From Nitrosopumilus sp. (lineage in GTDB: Archaea; Thermoproteota; Nitrososphaeria; Nitrososphaerales; Nitrosopumilaceae): a stretch of DNA of 64,000 nucleotides. This document shows positions 39,989-50,235 of this stretch, piece by piece. A program made the position numbers and the translations under genes. The stretch covers positions 16,381 through 80,380 of the forward strand of contig JAONKT010000001.1 of assembly GCA_028377625.1 (NCBI GenBank), in the 5' to 3' direction. Under the pieces are notes generated by a model, which was not told the DNA's origin, did no database searches, and saw nothing but the letters and a program-made list of their open reading frames with translations. The stretch's first letter is position 1, and every line of letters begins with the position of its first letter.

Positions 39989-40390
39989 ATGTTAAATTTT
40001 TCATAAATTTTCTAAAGTTATTTTTCTAAAATGAATAATGATCATCTATGAGATTATTTTTCATTTTAGATTTTATTTTTTTGTTTGAATTGGATTCTGG
40101 TAAATCCATTATGATACAAAATACCTTCTTTTCTATAGTATTTGTTAAGTTGTTTTTCATTGATCTATAATGTTTTTCTTTGATTTATCTTCTTCTCTTG
40201 ATTTTCAAATTTTTTGTCATGATCAAACTTAAATATTTTTTCTGCCTACTATATTTAACAAGAAAATGCCATTATTTGCAGATTTGAGTGATGGAGACTA
40301 ATGGGATACTTTCTTTTCCATATTTCCTTGTTGTTTTATCACTAGTTTTAGATTAAATCAAATTTTAAGTTCAGGTATTATTCAGTAGAA

Positions 40391-40624
40391 ATGACTATGC
40401 CTACGATTCTTGTTTATTGTAAAACATGTGGTAAAAAAGCCAAAGCTGTAGTATTGACCGTACATGATAAGGAATATGATGATTCCATTCAAGGATATCG
40501 CCGATATGGTATGGTGAGAGTCATGGAGCACAATATTGGATTTAGAAAAACTTGTTCTGACACTTCACAAATGAAGGCAATAGTGTCTTCTGATTCTAAA
40601 GATGATAATGGAGTTATGAATTAA
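40391..40624 (+). CDS. Small protein with CxxC...H...C putative Zn site
   Basis: YCKTCGK...EHNIGFRKTC; TATA-like TTTTAAG upstream. Confidence 0.75.
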   Translation: MTMPTILVYCKTCGKKAKAVVLTVHDKEYDDSIQGYRRYGMVRVMEHNIGFRKTCSDTSQMKAIVSSDSKDDNGVMN

Positions 40625-40659
40625 ATTATTTTCGTACTTTAAAAATTGATAAAATATAT

Positions 40660-41607
40660 CTATTCTAATTGATACAAGTCTAATTTACAATCTATACTGC
40701 AATCTGGGGTATCCCAATCTAGAGTTTGATCTTTTGGAATCATTCCTAATGGATCATAATTATCAAATTTTGTCATTGTTTGAACTGATGATAGCATTAC
40801 TATTTTAGATTCATCTGATGATGACATGTTAATCTGTGAATTTGACTCACTAGTTATTCCATTTGAAAGATTCTTGATTGAATTAATTACTCCAACTGGT
40901 ATGTTTTCTCCTCCTGCAACGTATACCATTGAATTTTTGACTGTGTTAGGTGATGCATTTTGGTAAAGCATTTTTAATGAATCTCTTAATGACTCTTCCA
41001 TACTTTGTCCATCTTTACTTGTAGTTAGAATATTTGTTTCAGAAGAAATTTCTGTTGTTTCAAGTGACTTTACTATATGACTTATTGCAGAGTTTGCGAT
41101 ACCATAACATGCTTTTGCAGTTAAATTTGGATTGCTTTCTAGTAATGAATCATTATCTAAAACAATTGTACATTGAGAATTTTCTCTAACTCTTTTTAGT
41201 GCTACACCTGAGTTGAAGATTCTTTCTTTTTCATATTTGAAAGGCATTACTGCAAATGAAATTAGTCCTTTATCAGCTTCTTTACAGATTTCAGAAACAA
41301 CTGGGGCAATTGCTGAACCTGCTTTTCCAGCTAAATTACTCATTAATACAATTGTAGAATATTGTGAAATTTTTGATTTAATTTCTTTAGATACTTTGTA
41401 AGTTGAACCTCTGATTAGTTGAACTGATGGATTAATTATTGAATCTGTGGATATCTGAATTGATTCATTTTCTGATGAGAAATCTTTTGAATCGTTACTG
41501 ATCATCAAGCAATCAGAATTTAGGGTATTTTTTGCTTCATTAGCCAATTTTGAGCCTACTCCGCCTAACCCTATGACTAATACTGGTTCTTTGACTTGAA
41601 AACTCAT
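40660..41607 (-). CDS. ftsZ: Divergent FtsZ/tubulin-family protein (thaumarchaeal type)
   Basis: VIGLGGVG, LAGKAGSAIAPV, MPFKYE, VLDNDSL; GGGTGxG signature degenerate. Confidence 0.85.
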   Translation of the reverse strand: MSFQVKEPVLVIGLGGVGSKLANEAKNTLNSDCLMISNDSKDFSSENESIQISTDSIINPSVQLIRGSTYKVSKEIKSKISQYSTIVLMSNLAGKAGSAIAPVVSEICKEADKGLISFAVMPFKYEKERIFNSGVALKRVRENSQCTIVLDNDSLLESNPNLTAKACYGIANSAISHIVKSLETTEISSETNILTTSKDGQSMEESLRDSLKMLYQNASPNTVKNSMVYVAGGENIPVGVINSIKNLSNGITSESNSQINMSSSDESKIVMLSSVQTMTKFDNYDPLGMIPKDQTLDWDTPDCSIDCKLDLYQLE

Positions 41608-41679
41608 TCTAATCTTATTCTCTGATTTACATAAAAAACCTTCTTACGTTTTTTTTATCAAATTTTAGATCGAAAAAAT

Positions 41680-42948
41680 TTAGCTTGCGATCTTACCAAT
41701 TAGTCTTTTTCTTGTAGCATCTATGATTTCAACCATGTATGCATCACCAATTTTGACGTCTTCTTGTACTGCAATAGGTTTGTAAGCATAATTTCTTCCT
41801 TTGATGCCCTCTTCTGTGTTTTCATCAAACAGGACTTTTCCTTTCCATCCGATCCATTTTTTGTTGCTTTCTAGGGATATTTTGTTGATCTGTTCAAAAA
41901 TTACTTTACTTCTTCGTTTAATTTCAGCTGCATCAATTTGTTTTAATTCTGCAGCATCTGTCCCAGGTCTAGCACTATATTTTGATAAATTAACAACATC
42001 TGGTTTTGTTTCTTCTAATAGTGCAATTGTTTTTTGAAAATCTTCTTCTGTTTCAGATGGGAATCCTACAATGATGTCTGTTGAAATTGTAAAGTTTTCA
42101 AATTTCTCTTTTGTCTTTTTCACAATCTCTCTAAATGTTTGAGATGTGTGTCCCCTTTTCATATCATTTAGTACTTTATCGCTTCCACTTTGAACTGGAA
42201 TATGTAAAAATTTGAATACTTTATCGTTATCATATGATTCAATTAATTTCTCTTTGATTCTTGGCATATACATTGGATTCATCATTCCTACTCTGATCAT
42301 AAAATCTTCTTTAATTTCTGAAACTGAATTAACTAATGTTGGTAAATCTGTCCCTATGTCTAAACCATAACATCCGTTATCTGTTGATGTCAACCATACT
42401 TCTTTACACCCATCTTTAATTTCAGTTTCAACCTGTCTTACTATGTCTCCTAATCTATAACTTGAAAGATCCCCTTTGGATAATTTAGTCTGACAAAATG
42501 TACATTCACTCATACATCCACTTGCAATTTCTACAATCCCTACTGTTGGATTGAGTCTAACTTTAGGTAATCCTACTTTTGACAAATCTGAATCCTCTAA
42601 GGCAATTTGTTTTGTACCTGCTAATGTTGAATTAATCACCTCTAGTGTTTTACCTAATGAATTTGGTCCAAGTAAACTGGCATTTTCTGTAAATTTTTCT
42701 ACATTACTTTTTTCAGCTTTTGGTAAACATCCTGCAACGATTAGTGGTTTTGATTTTAATGACTTGATTCTATGCATCATTTTATTTGCAGTAGTATCTT
42801 TTACCGAACAAGTAACTATGAGATTTAGATCTGATTCTGATGAATTTGTTGCCAATGTATGTCCACCATTAACAATTAATCCTGAAATCATTTCTGAATC
42901 TGCAAAACTAGCAGAACACCCATAGGCTTCTACAAAAATTTTTGCCAT
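41680..42948 (-). CDS. tRNA methylthiotransferase (e-MtaB/CDKAL1-like radical SAM)
   Basis: YGCSAS..DSE, TCSVK, GCMSECTFC, HIPVQSGS, C-terminal TRAM domain. Confidence 0.92.
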   Translation of the reverse strand: MAKIFVEAYGCSASFADSEMISGLIVNGGHTLATNSSESDLNLIVTCSVKDTTANKMMHRIKSLKSKPLIVAGCLPKAEKSNVEKFTENASLLGPNSLGKTLEVINSTLAGTKQIALEDSDLSKVGLPKVRLNPTVGIVEIASGCMSECTFCQTKLSKGDLSSYRLGDIVRQVETEIKDGCKEVWLTSTDNGCYGLDIGTDLPTLVNSVSEIKEDFMIRVGMMNPMYMPRIKEKLIESYDNDKVFKFLHIPVQSGSDKVLNDMKRGHTSQTFREIVKKTKEKFENFTISTDIIVGFPSETEEDFQKTIALLEETKPDVVNLSKYSARPGTDAAELKQIDAAEIKRRSKVIFEQINKISLESNKKWIGWKGKVLFDENTEEGIKGRNYAYKPIAVQEDVKIGDAYMVEIIDATRKRLIGKIAS

Positions 42949-42951
42949 AAT

Positions 42952-44313
42952 TTATCTAAATAGTGAATCGATTTCTTTGTTACTCATTAGTTTTTTTGAA
43001 ACTACTAGTTCTCTTATTGTTTTTCCAGTTTTTAGTGATTCTTTGAATAGTTCTGCTGATTTCAAATATCCTATTTTTGGAGTAAGCAGTGTTACTATTA
43101 CTGGACTATTTTCAATATTTTCTTGTAACTTTTGTTTATTTGCTGTAAGTCCATCAATTAGATTTGCAGAAAATATTGGTAAAAAGTTCTTGAGCATATC
43201 TGTTGATTCTAATACTGACTTTAACATTCCTGGTAACATTACATTTAGTTCAAATTGTCCACCTTGTGCAGCATATGAAACTGCTGTATCATTTCCAATA
43301 ATGTTGAAACAAATCATATTCATACATTCAGCTAATGATGGGTTTACTTTACCTGGCATAATTGATGAACCTGCATGAACTGCTGGTATTCCTAATTCTG
43401 CTAATCCTGCAATTGGACCTGATGCCATTAGTCTGATATCGTTTGCAATTTTTCCAATTTCTAATGCTAAGTTTCTTAATGCTGCAGATACATTTGCAAC
43501 TGGAAATTTACTTTGTAAACTAAATTGCATATCTGGCTCTGGTTTCAGTTTTAATTTAGAAATTTTTCCAAGTTCTATAATTGCAATTTTTCTATATCCT
43601 TTTGGTGTGTTTGCTCCGTTGCCTACGGCAGTTCCACCCAATGCAACATTTTGTAATTCCTTTTGTGCTGTAATTATATTGTTTTTAGCTTTTGTAATTG
43701 ATGTAGCGTATGCTGCAAATTCACTGCCTAATGTAATTGGTAATGCATCCATTAGATGTGTTCTGCCAATTTTTTTAAATGATGCGAATTCTTTTGCCTT
43801 TTTAGAAAGTGATTTAATCAAAATTTCTATTGCTGGAATTGTTTCTTTCAAGTTCATTAAAATTGCAACATGCATTGCAGTTGGATATGTATCGTTACTT
43901 GATTGTGACATGTTGACATGATCATTAGGATGTAAGAATTCGTATTGACCTTTCTTTTTATGTAAAATTTCTAATGCAACATTTGATATAACTTCATTAG
44001 AATTCATGTTAAATGCAGTACCTGCACCAGAATTTATCATATCAACCACAAATTCATCAGTAAATTTTCCTGACAATATTTTGTCACATGCTGAAACTAT
44101 TGCTTTTCCACGTTTTGCATCAATTGCTTTTGTTTTCATATTTGCAACTGCTGCAGATCTTTTTATCATAACAAATGCATCAATCAAATTTTTGTGTGCT
44201 GTATTTCCTGTAACATGGTATTGGTTTATTGCCCTACCTGTAAATGCCCCATAATATGCATCTGCTGGAATTTTGACTTTTCCAAGTGAATCCTCATCTA
44301 ATCGAAATTTCAT
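42952..44313 (-). CDS. Class II fumarate hydratase / aspartate ammonia-lyase
   Basis: SQSSND, GRTHLMDA, GSSIMPGKVNP. Confidence 0.92.
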   Translation of the reverse strand: MKFRLDEDSLGKVKIPADAYYGAFTGRAINQYHVTGNTAHKNLIDAFVMIKRSAAVANMKTKAIDAKRGKAIVSACDKILSGKFTDEFVVDMINSGAGTAFNMNSNEVISNVALEILHKKKGQYEFLHPNDHVNMSQSSNDTYPTAMHVAILMNLKETIPAIEILIKSLSKKAKEFASFKKIGRTHLMDALPITLGSEFAAYATSITKAKNNIITAQKELQNVALGGTAVGNGANTPKGYRKIAIIELGKISKLKLKPEPDMQFSLQSKFPVANVSAALRNLALEIGKIANDIRLMASGPIAGLAELGIPAVHAGSSIMPGKVNPSLAECMNMICFNIIGNDTAVSYAAQGGQFELNVMLPGMLKSVLESTDMLKNFLPIFSANLIDGLTANKQKLQENIENSPVIVTLLTPKIGYLKSAELFKESLKTGKTIRELVVSKKLMSNKEIDSLFR

Positions 44314-44436
44314 GTTGACTTTACTTTTTTACTGCTATTATTCATTCCTTTTTCATCTATTCTATCATCATAGAATGATTTTTTTTAATTGATTAGTACT
44401 CTAGATCGTTAGCACCATGAAAAAACAGGTTTGATA

Positions 44437-44444
44437 TTTATATT
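44437..44444 (+). promoter_or_regulatory. TATA box of nirK (leaderless-type spacing)
   Basis: TTTATATT ~25 nt upstream of ATG 44465. Confidence 0.55.
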
Positions 44445-44464
44445 CCTAATTTGGGATTTGTACC

Positions 44465-45877
44465 ATGAATAAGAAAGTTAGTATGCTCTTTACAATTGCA
44501 GCAGTAGCTGTAATGGGAGCAACCTTATTCGGAAGCACATACACAAATACCCAAATTAGTGGACAAGGCCTCGACATCAACAAAATGGATGTTGACGTAC
44601 TTGAACAAATCCACCAAATGGGCGGTTTACAACTTGTAATGCCTCAAGCATTTGCAGAGACTGATTGTGGTGCACTTGCAGATACTGGACGCACTGTCGT
44701 CGAGTTTAATCTAACTGGTGAAAGTGTCGAACTTCCAATTATGGGAGGAAAAACTTACAACGCCATGACCTTTAATGGACAAGTCCCAGGACCAACATTA
44801 AGAGTTACACAAGGTGACGTTGTACAAATGACACTCGTTATTCCAGCAGATGAAGTAACCGGTCACGGTAACGATATGCACGCATCACAAATGTCAGCAA
44901 CATACTTTGATTCTGTTAACCCAGGAGAGACAAGTCAATATTGCTACATTGCTGAATCAGCTGGTGTCTTCAAATACCACTGTTCTGGTGTTCACTTAGC
45001 AGGTATGGATCAACACGTTCTTTCCGGCATGTACGGAATTGCAATCGTTGACCCAGCTAATGGATACAAGAAATTAATGGTAGAGAAAACTAGCGGCAGC
45101 GGTGAATTAGACAGAGTCTTCTACGATGCAGACGCACTCGAGTTCACACTCCAATACAATCAATTGTACCTTACCGCAGATGGTAACTATGATGCCGGCG
45201 CAATGTTCGGACATCAAAACACCGCAACTGTAGTTAACGGAATGCAATTCGGTTATGTACCAAACATGGCTCACAACTTACTCGTAATGGGTGATACTGA
45301 GAAAAACATCTTTGTTGCACAACCATGGAATGGACTTGAACACAAGCAATACCAATCACAACTCTTGTTTGTTGAAAATGATCAACACGTGAGACTCTTT
45401 ATTGAAAACCAAGGTAACGAACCAGTTTTCTTCCACATTGTTGGAGAAATTTTGGATAGAGTTGTCCAAGGCAATAGAGTACAATCCGCAGCAACTGAAA
45501 CATGGATGCTCGGTGGTTCACAAAACATGATTGTTGATTTGGTCTTTGACGAACCAGGTGTATACGCAGCAGTAAACCACGATTATGCAGCAATTTACAC
45601 TGGTGCAGCAACAATCTTTGTTGCAGGTGACCCATTTGGCTTGAACCCAGTTCTAGTCGATGCAGGTATCCTTGAAGCCCCAGTGCCATCTTATGCATAT
45701 GCATTAGGTAACCCAAGCAGTGCAGTTCCTCCAGTAGGAGTTAACAGTATTGCTCACCCTGCAATTAACATTCATGGTTTAATGACTGACGAAGTCGCTT
45801 CTGAGTTACAAGACAATGGTGCAATTCCACTCTGGGAAGTAATTCCTGTAGTAGCTGGAATCCTCACTGGTCAATAA
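44465..45877 (+). CDS. nirK: Copper-containing nitrite reductase, archaeal AnirK type
   Basis: Signal/TM; FNGQVPGPTLRV, HGNDMH, YHCSGVHLAGMDQHVLSGM, FHIVGE, AVNHD. Confidence 0.92.
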   Translation: MNKKVSMLFTIAAVAVMGATLFGSTYTNTQISGQGLDINKMDVDVLEQIHQMGGLQLVMPQAFAETDCGALADTGRTVVEFNLTGESVELPIMGGKTYNAMTFNGQVPGPTLRVTQGDVVQMTLVIPADEVTGHGNDMHASQMSATYFDSVNPGETSQYCYIAESAGVFKYHCSGVHLAGMDQHVLSGMYGIAIVDPANGYKKLMVEKTSGSGELDRVFYDADALEFTLQYNQLYLTADGNYDAGAMFGHQNTATVVNGMQFGYVPNMAHNLLVMGDTEKNIFVAQPWNGLEHKQYQSQLLFVENDQHVRLFIENQGNEPVFFHIVGEILDRVVQGNRVQSAATETWMLGGSQNMIVDLVFDEPGVYAAVNHDYAAIYTGAATIFVAGDPFGLNPVLVDAGILEAPVPSYAYALGNPSSAVPPVGVNSIAHPAINIHGLMTDEVASELQDNGAIPLWEVIPVVAGILTGQ

Positions 45878-45945
45878 ACTATAATATTTTTTCATTTTTT
45901 TGATTTTTTTAATGAATTATATGCCGCATTTTATTTTGGACTTTA

Positions 45946-46878
45946 TTGAGTTTTGAAGATTCTGTACTTGTCTGTGATGAAGTAGATCCTGTATTAACAA
46001 AAATTTTGACAGACAACGGTCTAAAAATTTCTTATGAGCCAGAAATTACTCCTGAACAAATTTTAGAAAAAATTTCCACTTTCAATATTATAATTGTAAG
46101 AAGTAGAACTACAATAACAAAAGAAATGATTGACAAAGCTGATAATTGTAAAATAATTGCACGCGTTGGTGTTGGATTAGATAATGTTGATCAAGAAGCT
46201 GCTAAAGCAAAAAATATTCGTGTAATTAATGCCGTGGAAGGTGCAATGAATGCCGTTGCTGAATTAGTTTTAGGTTTGATGTTATCTTTGGCAAGACAAA
46301 CTGCTAGAGGAGATAGAGCAATACGTGATGGAAAGTGGCTCAAAAAAGAACTAAAAGGAACTGAACTTCGTGGAAAATATTTGGGAATTATTGGTTTAGG
46401 AAATATTGGAAAAAGATTGGCTAGACTTGCACGTGCACTTAACATGAATATTATTGGATATGACGTAATGCCAATTGATGAAGAATTTGCAAAAGAAGTT
46501 GGTTTGATGAAAGCTGATTTGAATACATTGTTACAAAGTGCAGATTATGTCTCTATTCATGTTCCTTTATTGGATTCTACACATCATCTTTTAGATGCAG
46601 AAAAAATGTCCACAATGAAAAATACTGCAAAAATTATCAATACCTCTAGAGGTGGCGTTGTTAATGAGGATGCATTGTATGAGGCAATCAAAAATGGCAC
46701 TTTAGGTGGTGCTGCTTTGGATGTATTTGAAAAGGAACCTGCTACTGGAAATAAATTAGCAGAACTTGATAACGTAATTTTAACTCCTCATATTGGTGCT
46801 CAAACTAAAGAGGCTCAATCTTTGGCTGCAAACGTTATTGGAGAGAAAATTATCCAAATTCTTCGTGGTGTAATTTAG
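45946..46878 (+). CDS. serA: D-3-phosphoglycerate / D-2-hydroxyacid dehydrogenase
   Basis: RVGVGLDNVD, GLGNIG, INTSRG, LDVFEKEP, TPHIGAQT. Confidence 0.85.
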   Translation: MSFEDSVLVCDEVDPVLTKILTDNGLKISYEPEITPEQILEKISTFNIIIVRSRTTITKEMIDKADNCKIIARVGVGLDNVDQEAAKAKNIRVINAVEGAMNAVAELVLGLMLSLARQTARGDRAIRDGKWLKKELKGTELRGKYLGIIGLGNIGKRLARLARALNMNIIGYDVMPIDEEFAKEVGLMKADLNTLLQSADYVSIHVPLLDSTHHLLDAEKMSTMKNTAKIINTSRGGVVNEDALYEAIKNGTLGGAALDVFEKEPATGNKLAELDNVILTPHIGAQTKEAQSLAANVIGEKIIQILRGVI

Positions 46879-47059
46879 TTTTAATTCCCATTCTCTGCCT
46901 AACTTCTAAAAATATTCAAAAAAATTGACCTATACGTGATTAATTATCGGCTCTTTGATTTTAACCCCTTTTTTGAGGTTAAAATTTGTGTTAAAAAATA
47001 AAAATGCCATTAATATCAAATCTGAACCTTTGATGTATTTGCCTAATGTAAATTCCTTG

Positions 47060-47782
47060 ATGAAAATATCTCTTGGATTGATCTTCTTTACTATGCTTTC
47101 TACTGTACTTGTTTATGCTGAAACCTCTTTTGATGTTCCTTACACTGCTACTGGTTTGAATGTTATTGGAATTGAATCTGATAATGAATCTGTGTCTTTA
47201 ATTTTCTCTGTTAATGTTACTGATTTGGATAGCAAATTATCTGTTGTTTTGGATCGTTCTTTCTTTGATTCAGTTTACAATAAACTTCCTATTGATTATA
47301 TTGTTTTAGCTGATGGTGATTATGCTTTGTTTGAAGAAATTGAAATAAATTCTTTAAGTCGAACTTTGAATATTACAGTTCCTTCAGGAACTGAAGAATT
47401 GGAAATTCTTGGTTCCATCCTTGATGATTCATTCCCTATTGTTTTAGTTGATACTAATGAAACTTCATACTTCAAAACAGCAGCAGACAAAGCAGCAGCA
47501 GACAAAGCAGCAGCAGACAAAGCAGCAGCAGACAAAGCAGCACAAACACAATGTGGCCCTGGTACTATTCTACAAAATGATTCATGTGTTCTTGATGAAA
47601 GATGTGGCCCTGGTACTAGTCTTGAAGATGGAGTATGTGTTTTGGACTCTGTCCCCGTAACATCTTCATCATCTGGAAGTAGCAAGGATTTGATTATGGG
47701 TGTTACAATTGCGTTTGTAATTGCTGGAGTGATTGGAATTCTTCTAGCACTTGTTGCTAGAGCTAATAGAAATAAAAATTAG
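47060..47782 (+). CDS. Secreted, C-terminally anchored surface protein with AAADK and CGPGT repeats
   Basis: Signal peptide from ATG 47060; CGPGT..C x2; C-terminal TM with basic tail. Confidence 0.8.
   Translation: MKISLGLIFFTMLSTVLVYAETSFDVPYTATGLNVIGIESDNESVSLIFSVNVTDLDSKLSVVLDRSFFDSVYNKLPIDYIVLADGDYALFEEIEINSLSRTLNITVPSGTEELEILGSILDDSFPIVLVDTNETSYFKTAADKAAADKAAADKAAADKAAQTQCGPGTILQNDSCVLDERCGPGTSLEDGVCVLDSVPVTSSSSGSSKDLIMGVTIAFVIAGVIGILLALVARANRNKN
47478..47542 (+). repeat. Perfect 15-bp tandem repeat (CAGCAGCAGACAAAG x4.3) encoding AAADK
   Basis: Four identical units plus partial copy. Confidence 0.95.
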
Positions 47783-48294
47783 TTACAGGACAATTCTTGA
47801 TTCTTCATAATTTGATCTAATTCAAATCCTGAAATTTGAATATTGTGTGAATATGGAATTATTCCTGCTATTGGTGTATGAATACTTACAATGACTATGA
47901 ATTTGTTAGGATCCACCCTTATTTCCCCTCCGTCAAATTCGTAATCTAATGTCATGAACATGTGTTGAGTCGATTGAAAATCATCCGTTAAAAAAACTCC
48001 TTTTTTTAGAATTGACGATTGTGATTCAATTACTGTAGATTCAATTTCATACGTTCCAATGTTTTTTGCATTATAAAATGATCCAATTTGAAATTTTTGA
48101 AAACTTGTAGAAAATGGCATTGGGTTGCAGAATTCAACTTCTCCATTATTTGACATTGCAAAAAAAGAAAATCCTTCTGAACCACTCCATTTGTATTGTA
48201 ATTGTTCTGCTCCAACTATGTTTATTCCCGAATATGCAAATGGAAAAATTATGACTAAAATTGCAATTATCGTCACAATTGAATATTTATTCAT
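47779..48294 (-). CDS. Membrane-anchored hypothetical protein
   Basis: N-terminal TM, beta-rich domain; overlaps upstream gene stop. Confidence 0.75.
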   Translation of the reverse strand: MNKYSIVTIIAILVIIFPFAYSGINIVGAEQLQYKWSGSEGFSFFAMSNNGEVEFCNPMPFSTSFQKFQIGSFYNAKNIGTYEIESTVIESQSSILKKGVFLTDDFQSTQHMFMTLDYEFDGGEIRVDPNKFIVIVSIHTPIAGIIPYSHNIQISGFELDQIMKNQELSCN

Positions 48295-48947
48295 ATTTCA
48301 TTATCCCTTTCAATTGAAAATGAAATGATTTTTTCATCTATTAGATATTTAAGATTATTAACAAACATTTGATCTGATATCGTACCCATTACCCATCCTT
48401 TTCCAATACTTTTGACCCACTCTGGAATATTTAATTTATCGATATTTTTTTCTGTTAATTCAAATGGTATCTCAATCAATTTTTTATCTACAATATTTTG
48501 AAACCCACTAATCAACATCCCATCTGTAAATTCGCCGTTAATCCATTTTACTACCACTGGTTGCATTGCTTCAGAAATGCACATATTATCTGAATCTATC
48601 AAGTTAAATTCTGCAGTAGTTTGCAATCCTAAATATTGTACATCTATGAAATATTTTCCTAATGGAAAAATATCTTTTTCAAATGCATGTAAAGATGGAA
48701 TTGGATTTGATAATTTTTCTATTGGTATTGGAATTGCACTACTTTTTCCACCTGAACCATCTCTGATATGGATTATTGCCGGTTCTCCTGTTACTTCTGA
48801 AACTTCAATTGAATATGTTAATCTCTCACAATATGTGTATGTTGTTTTTTCCATAATGATTGAAATTTCTGGTTCTGCATATGATGAAGTTACTATCCCT
48901 GTACTTCCGATTAATATCATGAATAATAACACCTTTTTTGATATCAT
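48291..48947 (-). CDS. Secreted protein with degenerate thaumarchaeal IPxW repeats
   Basis: Signal peptide; IPEWVKSIGKGWVMGTISDQMFVNNLKYLI. Confidence 0.78.
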   Translation of the reverse strand: MISKKVLLFMILIGSTGIVTSSYAEPEISIIMEKTTYTYCERLTYSIEVSEVTGEPAIIHIRDGSGGKSSAIPIPIEKLSNPIPSLHAFEKDIFPLGKYFIDVQYLGLQTTAEFNLIDSDNMCISEAMQPVVVKWINGEFTDGMLISGFQNIVDKKLIEIPFELTEKNIDKLNIPEWVKSIGKGWVMGTISDQMFVNNLKYLIDEKIISFSIERDNEI

Positions 48948-49230
48948 GAATTTGAGATTTTATTTGATCAATAAAAATCTGAAATTTGTACTCAGAAATC
49001 TTTTTTAGCAACTTTATCTTAGATTATTCATAGCGTTTTCTGCGGAAGCATATCTTTGAGTTGATGTTAATTCATCACTCAAAGAGATTTTTACTGGTTT
49101 AGCTTTGCTTAGAAATTTATCTCTCTTTTTCTGATTATTTCATAAATTTTATCTATATTTTAGCCAGATTTTACCATCTTGGATAGATTTTCTGAAATCA
49201 GTTATTATAGGGGATTTTTTAATTCATGTT

Positions 49231-49686
49231 ATGCCTAGTTATCAAGATCAAACATGGATTAGACTTTGGAAAGAGAATGCACCAGAATTACGTTCTCGTG
49301 TAATTGGATGGCGTAAACAAAATGCAATTACCCGTATTGATAGACCAAGTCGTTTGGAAAGAGCTAGAAGATTAGGTTACAAAGCAAAACAAGGTATTGT
49401 TGTTGTTAGAATGAGAGTTGGTACTGGTGGTATGAGAAAACAAAGACCTACTGGTGGTAGAAGACCAAAACATCTTGGTGTTACTCGAATTAAAGCTGAT
49501 GATGATATGAAAACTGTTGCAGAACGAAGAGTTCTTGAACGTTATCCTAACATGAAACTTTTGGGTTCTTACTATATCTATAAAGATGGAAAACACTATT
49601 GGTTTGAAGTTATTTTAGCTGACCCATCTCATCCTAGAATTGCACAGGATAAGGAATTAAACAGACGAGTACCTCAACCTGCATAA
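49231..49686 (+). CDS. rpl15e: 50S ribosomal protein L15e
   Basis: RPSRLERARRLGYKAKQG, GRRPK, WFEVILADP. Confidence 0.96.
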   Translation: MPSYQDQTWIRLWKENAPELRSRVIGWRKQNAITRIDRPSRLERARRLGYKAKQGIVVVRMRVGTGGMRKQRPTGGRRPKHLGVTRIKADDDMKTVAERRVLERYPNMKLLGSYYIYKDGKHYWFEVILADPSHPRIAQDKELNRRVPQPA

Positions 49687-49688
49687 GA

Positions 49689-50234
49689 TTGAAATCTATT
49701 GTTATTCTTTTAGTAGTAATATTTTTTGTAGTAACTCCTGTTTATGGGCAATTATTGTCTGATGCAACTGGTCTTATCAACAGACTTGAAATACAAACTT
49801 CTGGTTACACATTTGAAATAAAATTAACTTCTAACTTTGATCTTGAAAATTTTGTTTTTGATAAGGACCAAAAACAACTAACTTTGTATCTTGAAAGTGG
49901 TCTGGATGATAATTTGGGTGAAATAATAATTCCAAAAGATCTGTTAAGTGGAGATTTTACTTTTTATCTAAATGATGGTGAATTTTTCCCCAAAATCCAA
50001 TCTAACAAATTAATTAATTTTATCACTCTTGAGTTTTCTGGTTCAGGAACTAATGTTGTAAAAATTATTGCTACTGAGTATCTAGATGGGTCAATTGAAC
50101 CTATTTCTGATGATGTTGAATCTCCTATTGAATCTGCATCATCTGATGATTATTTTATTTTGTTAATTGTGGGTGGGATTGTCGTTGTTGTTATAATTCT
50201 TGTTGCAGTCAAAATTCTAAAAAATAAAACTTAG
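49689..50234 (+). CDS. Secreted, C-terminally anchored hypothetical protein
   Basis: Signal peptide, GEIIIPKDLL motif, C-terminal TM plus basic residues. Confidence 0.78.
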   Translation: MKSIVILLVVIFFVVTPVYGQLLSDATGLINRLEIQTSGYTFEIKLTSNFDLENFVFDKDQKQLTLYLESGLDDNLGEIIIPKDLLSGDFTFYLNDGEFFPKIQSNKLINFITLEFSGSGTNVVKIIATEYLDGSIEPISDDVESPIESASSDDYFILLIVGGIVVVVIILVAVKILKNKT

Positions 50235-50235
50235 T

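Noticed and set aside
40066-40230. Minus-strand frame with an internal TAG (possible recoding or pseudogene)
   Set aside because: No start codon or recognisable similarity; no pyrrolysine machinery seen; compatible with AT-rich noise or a decayed gene.
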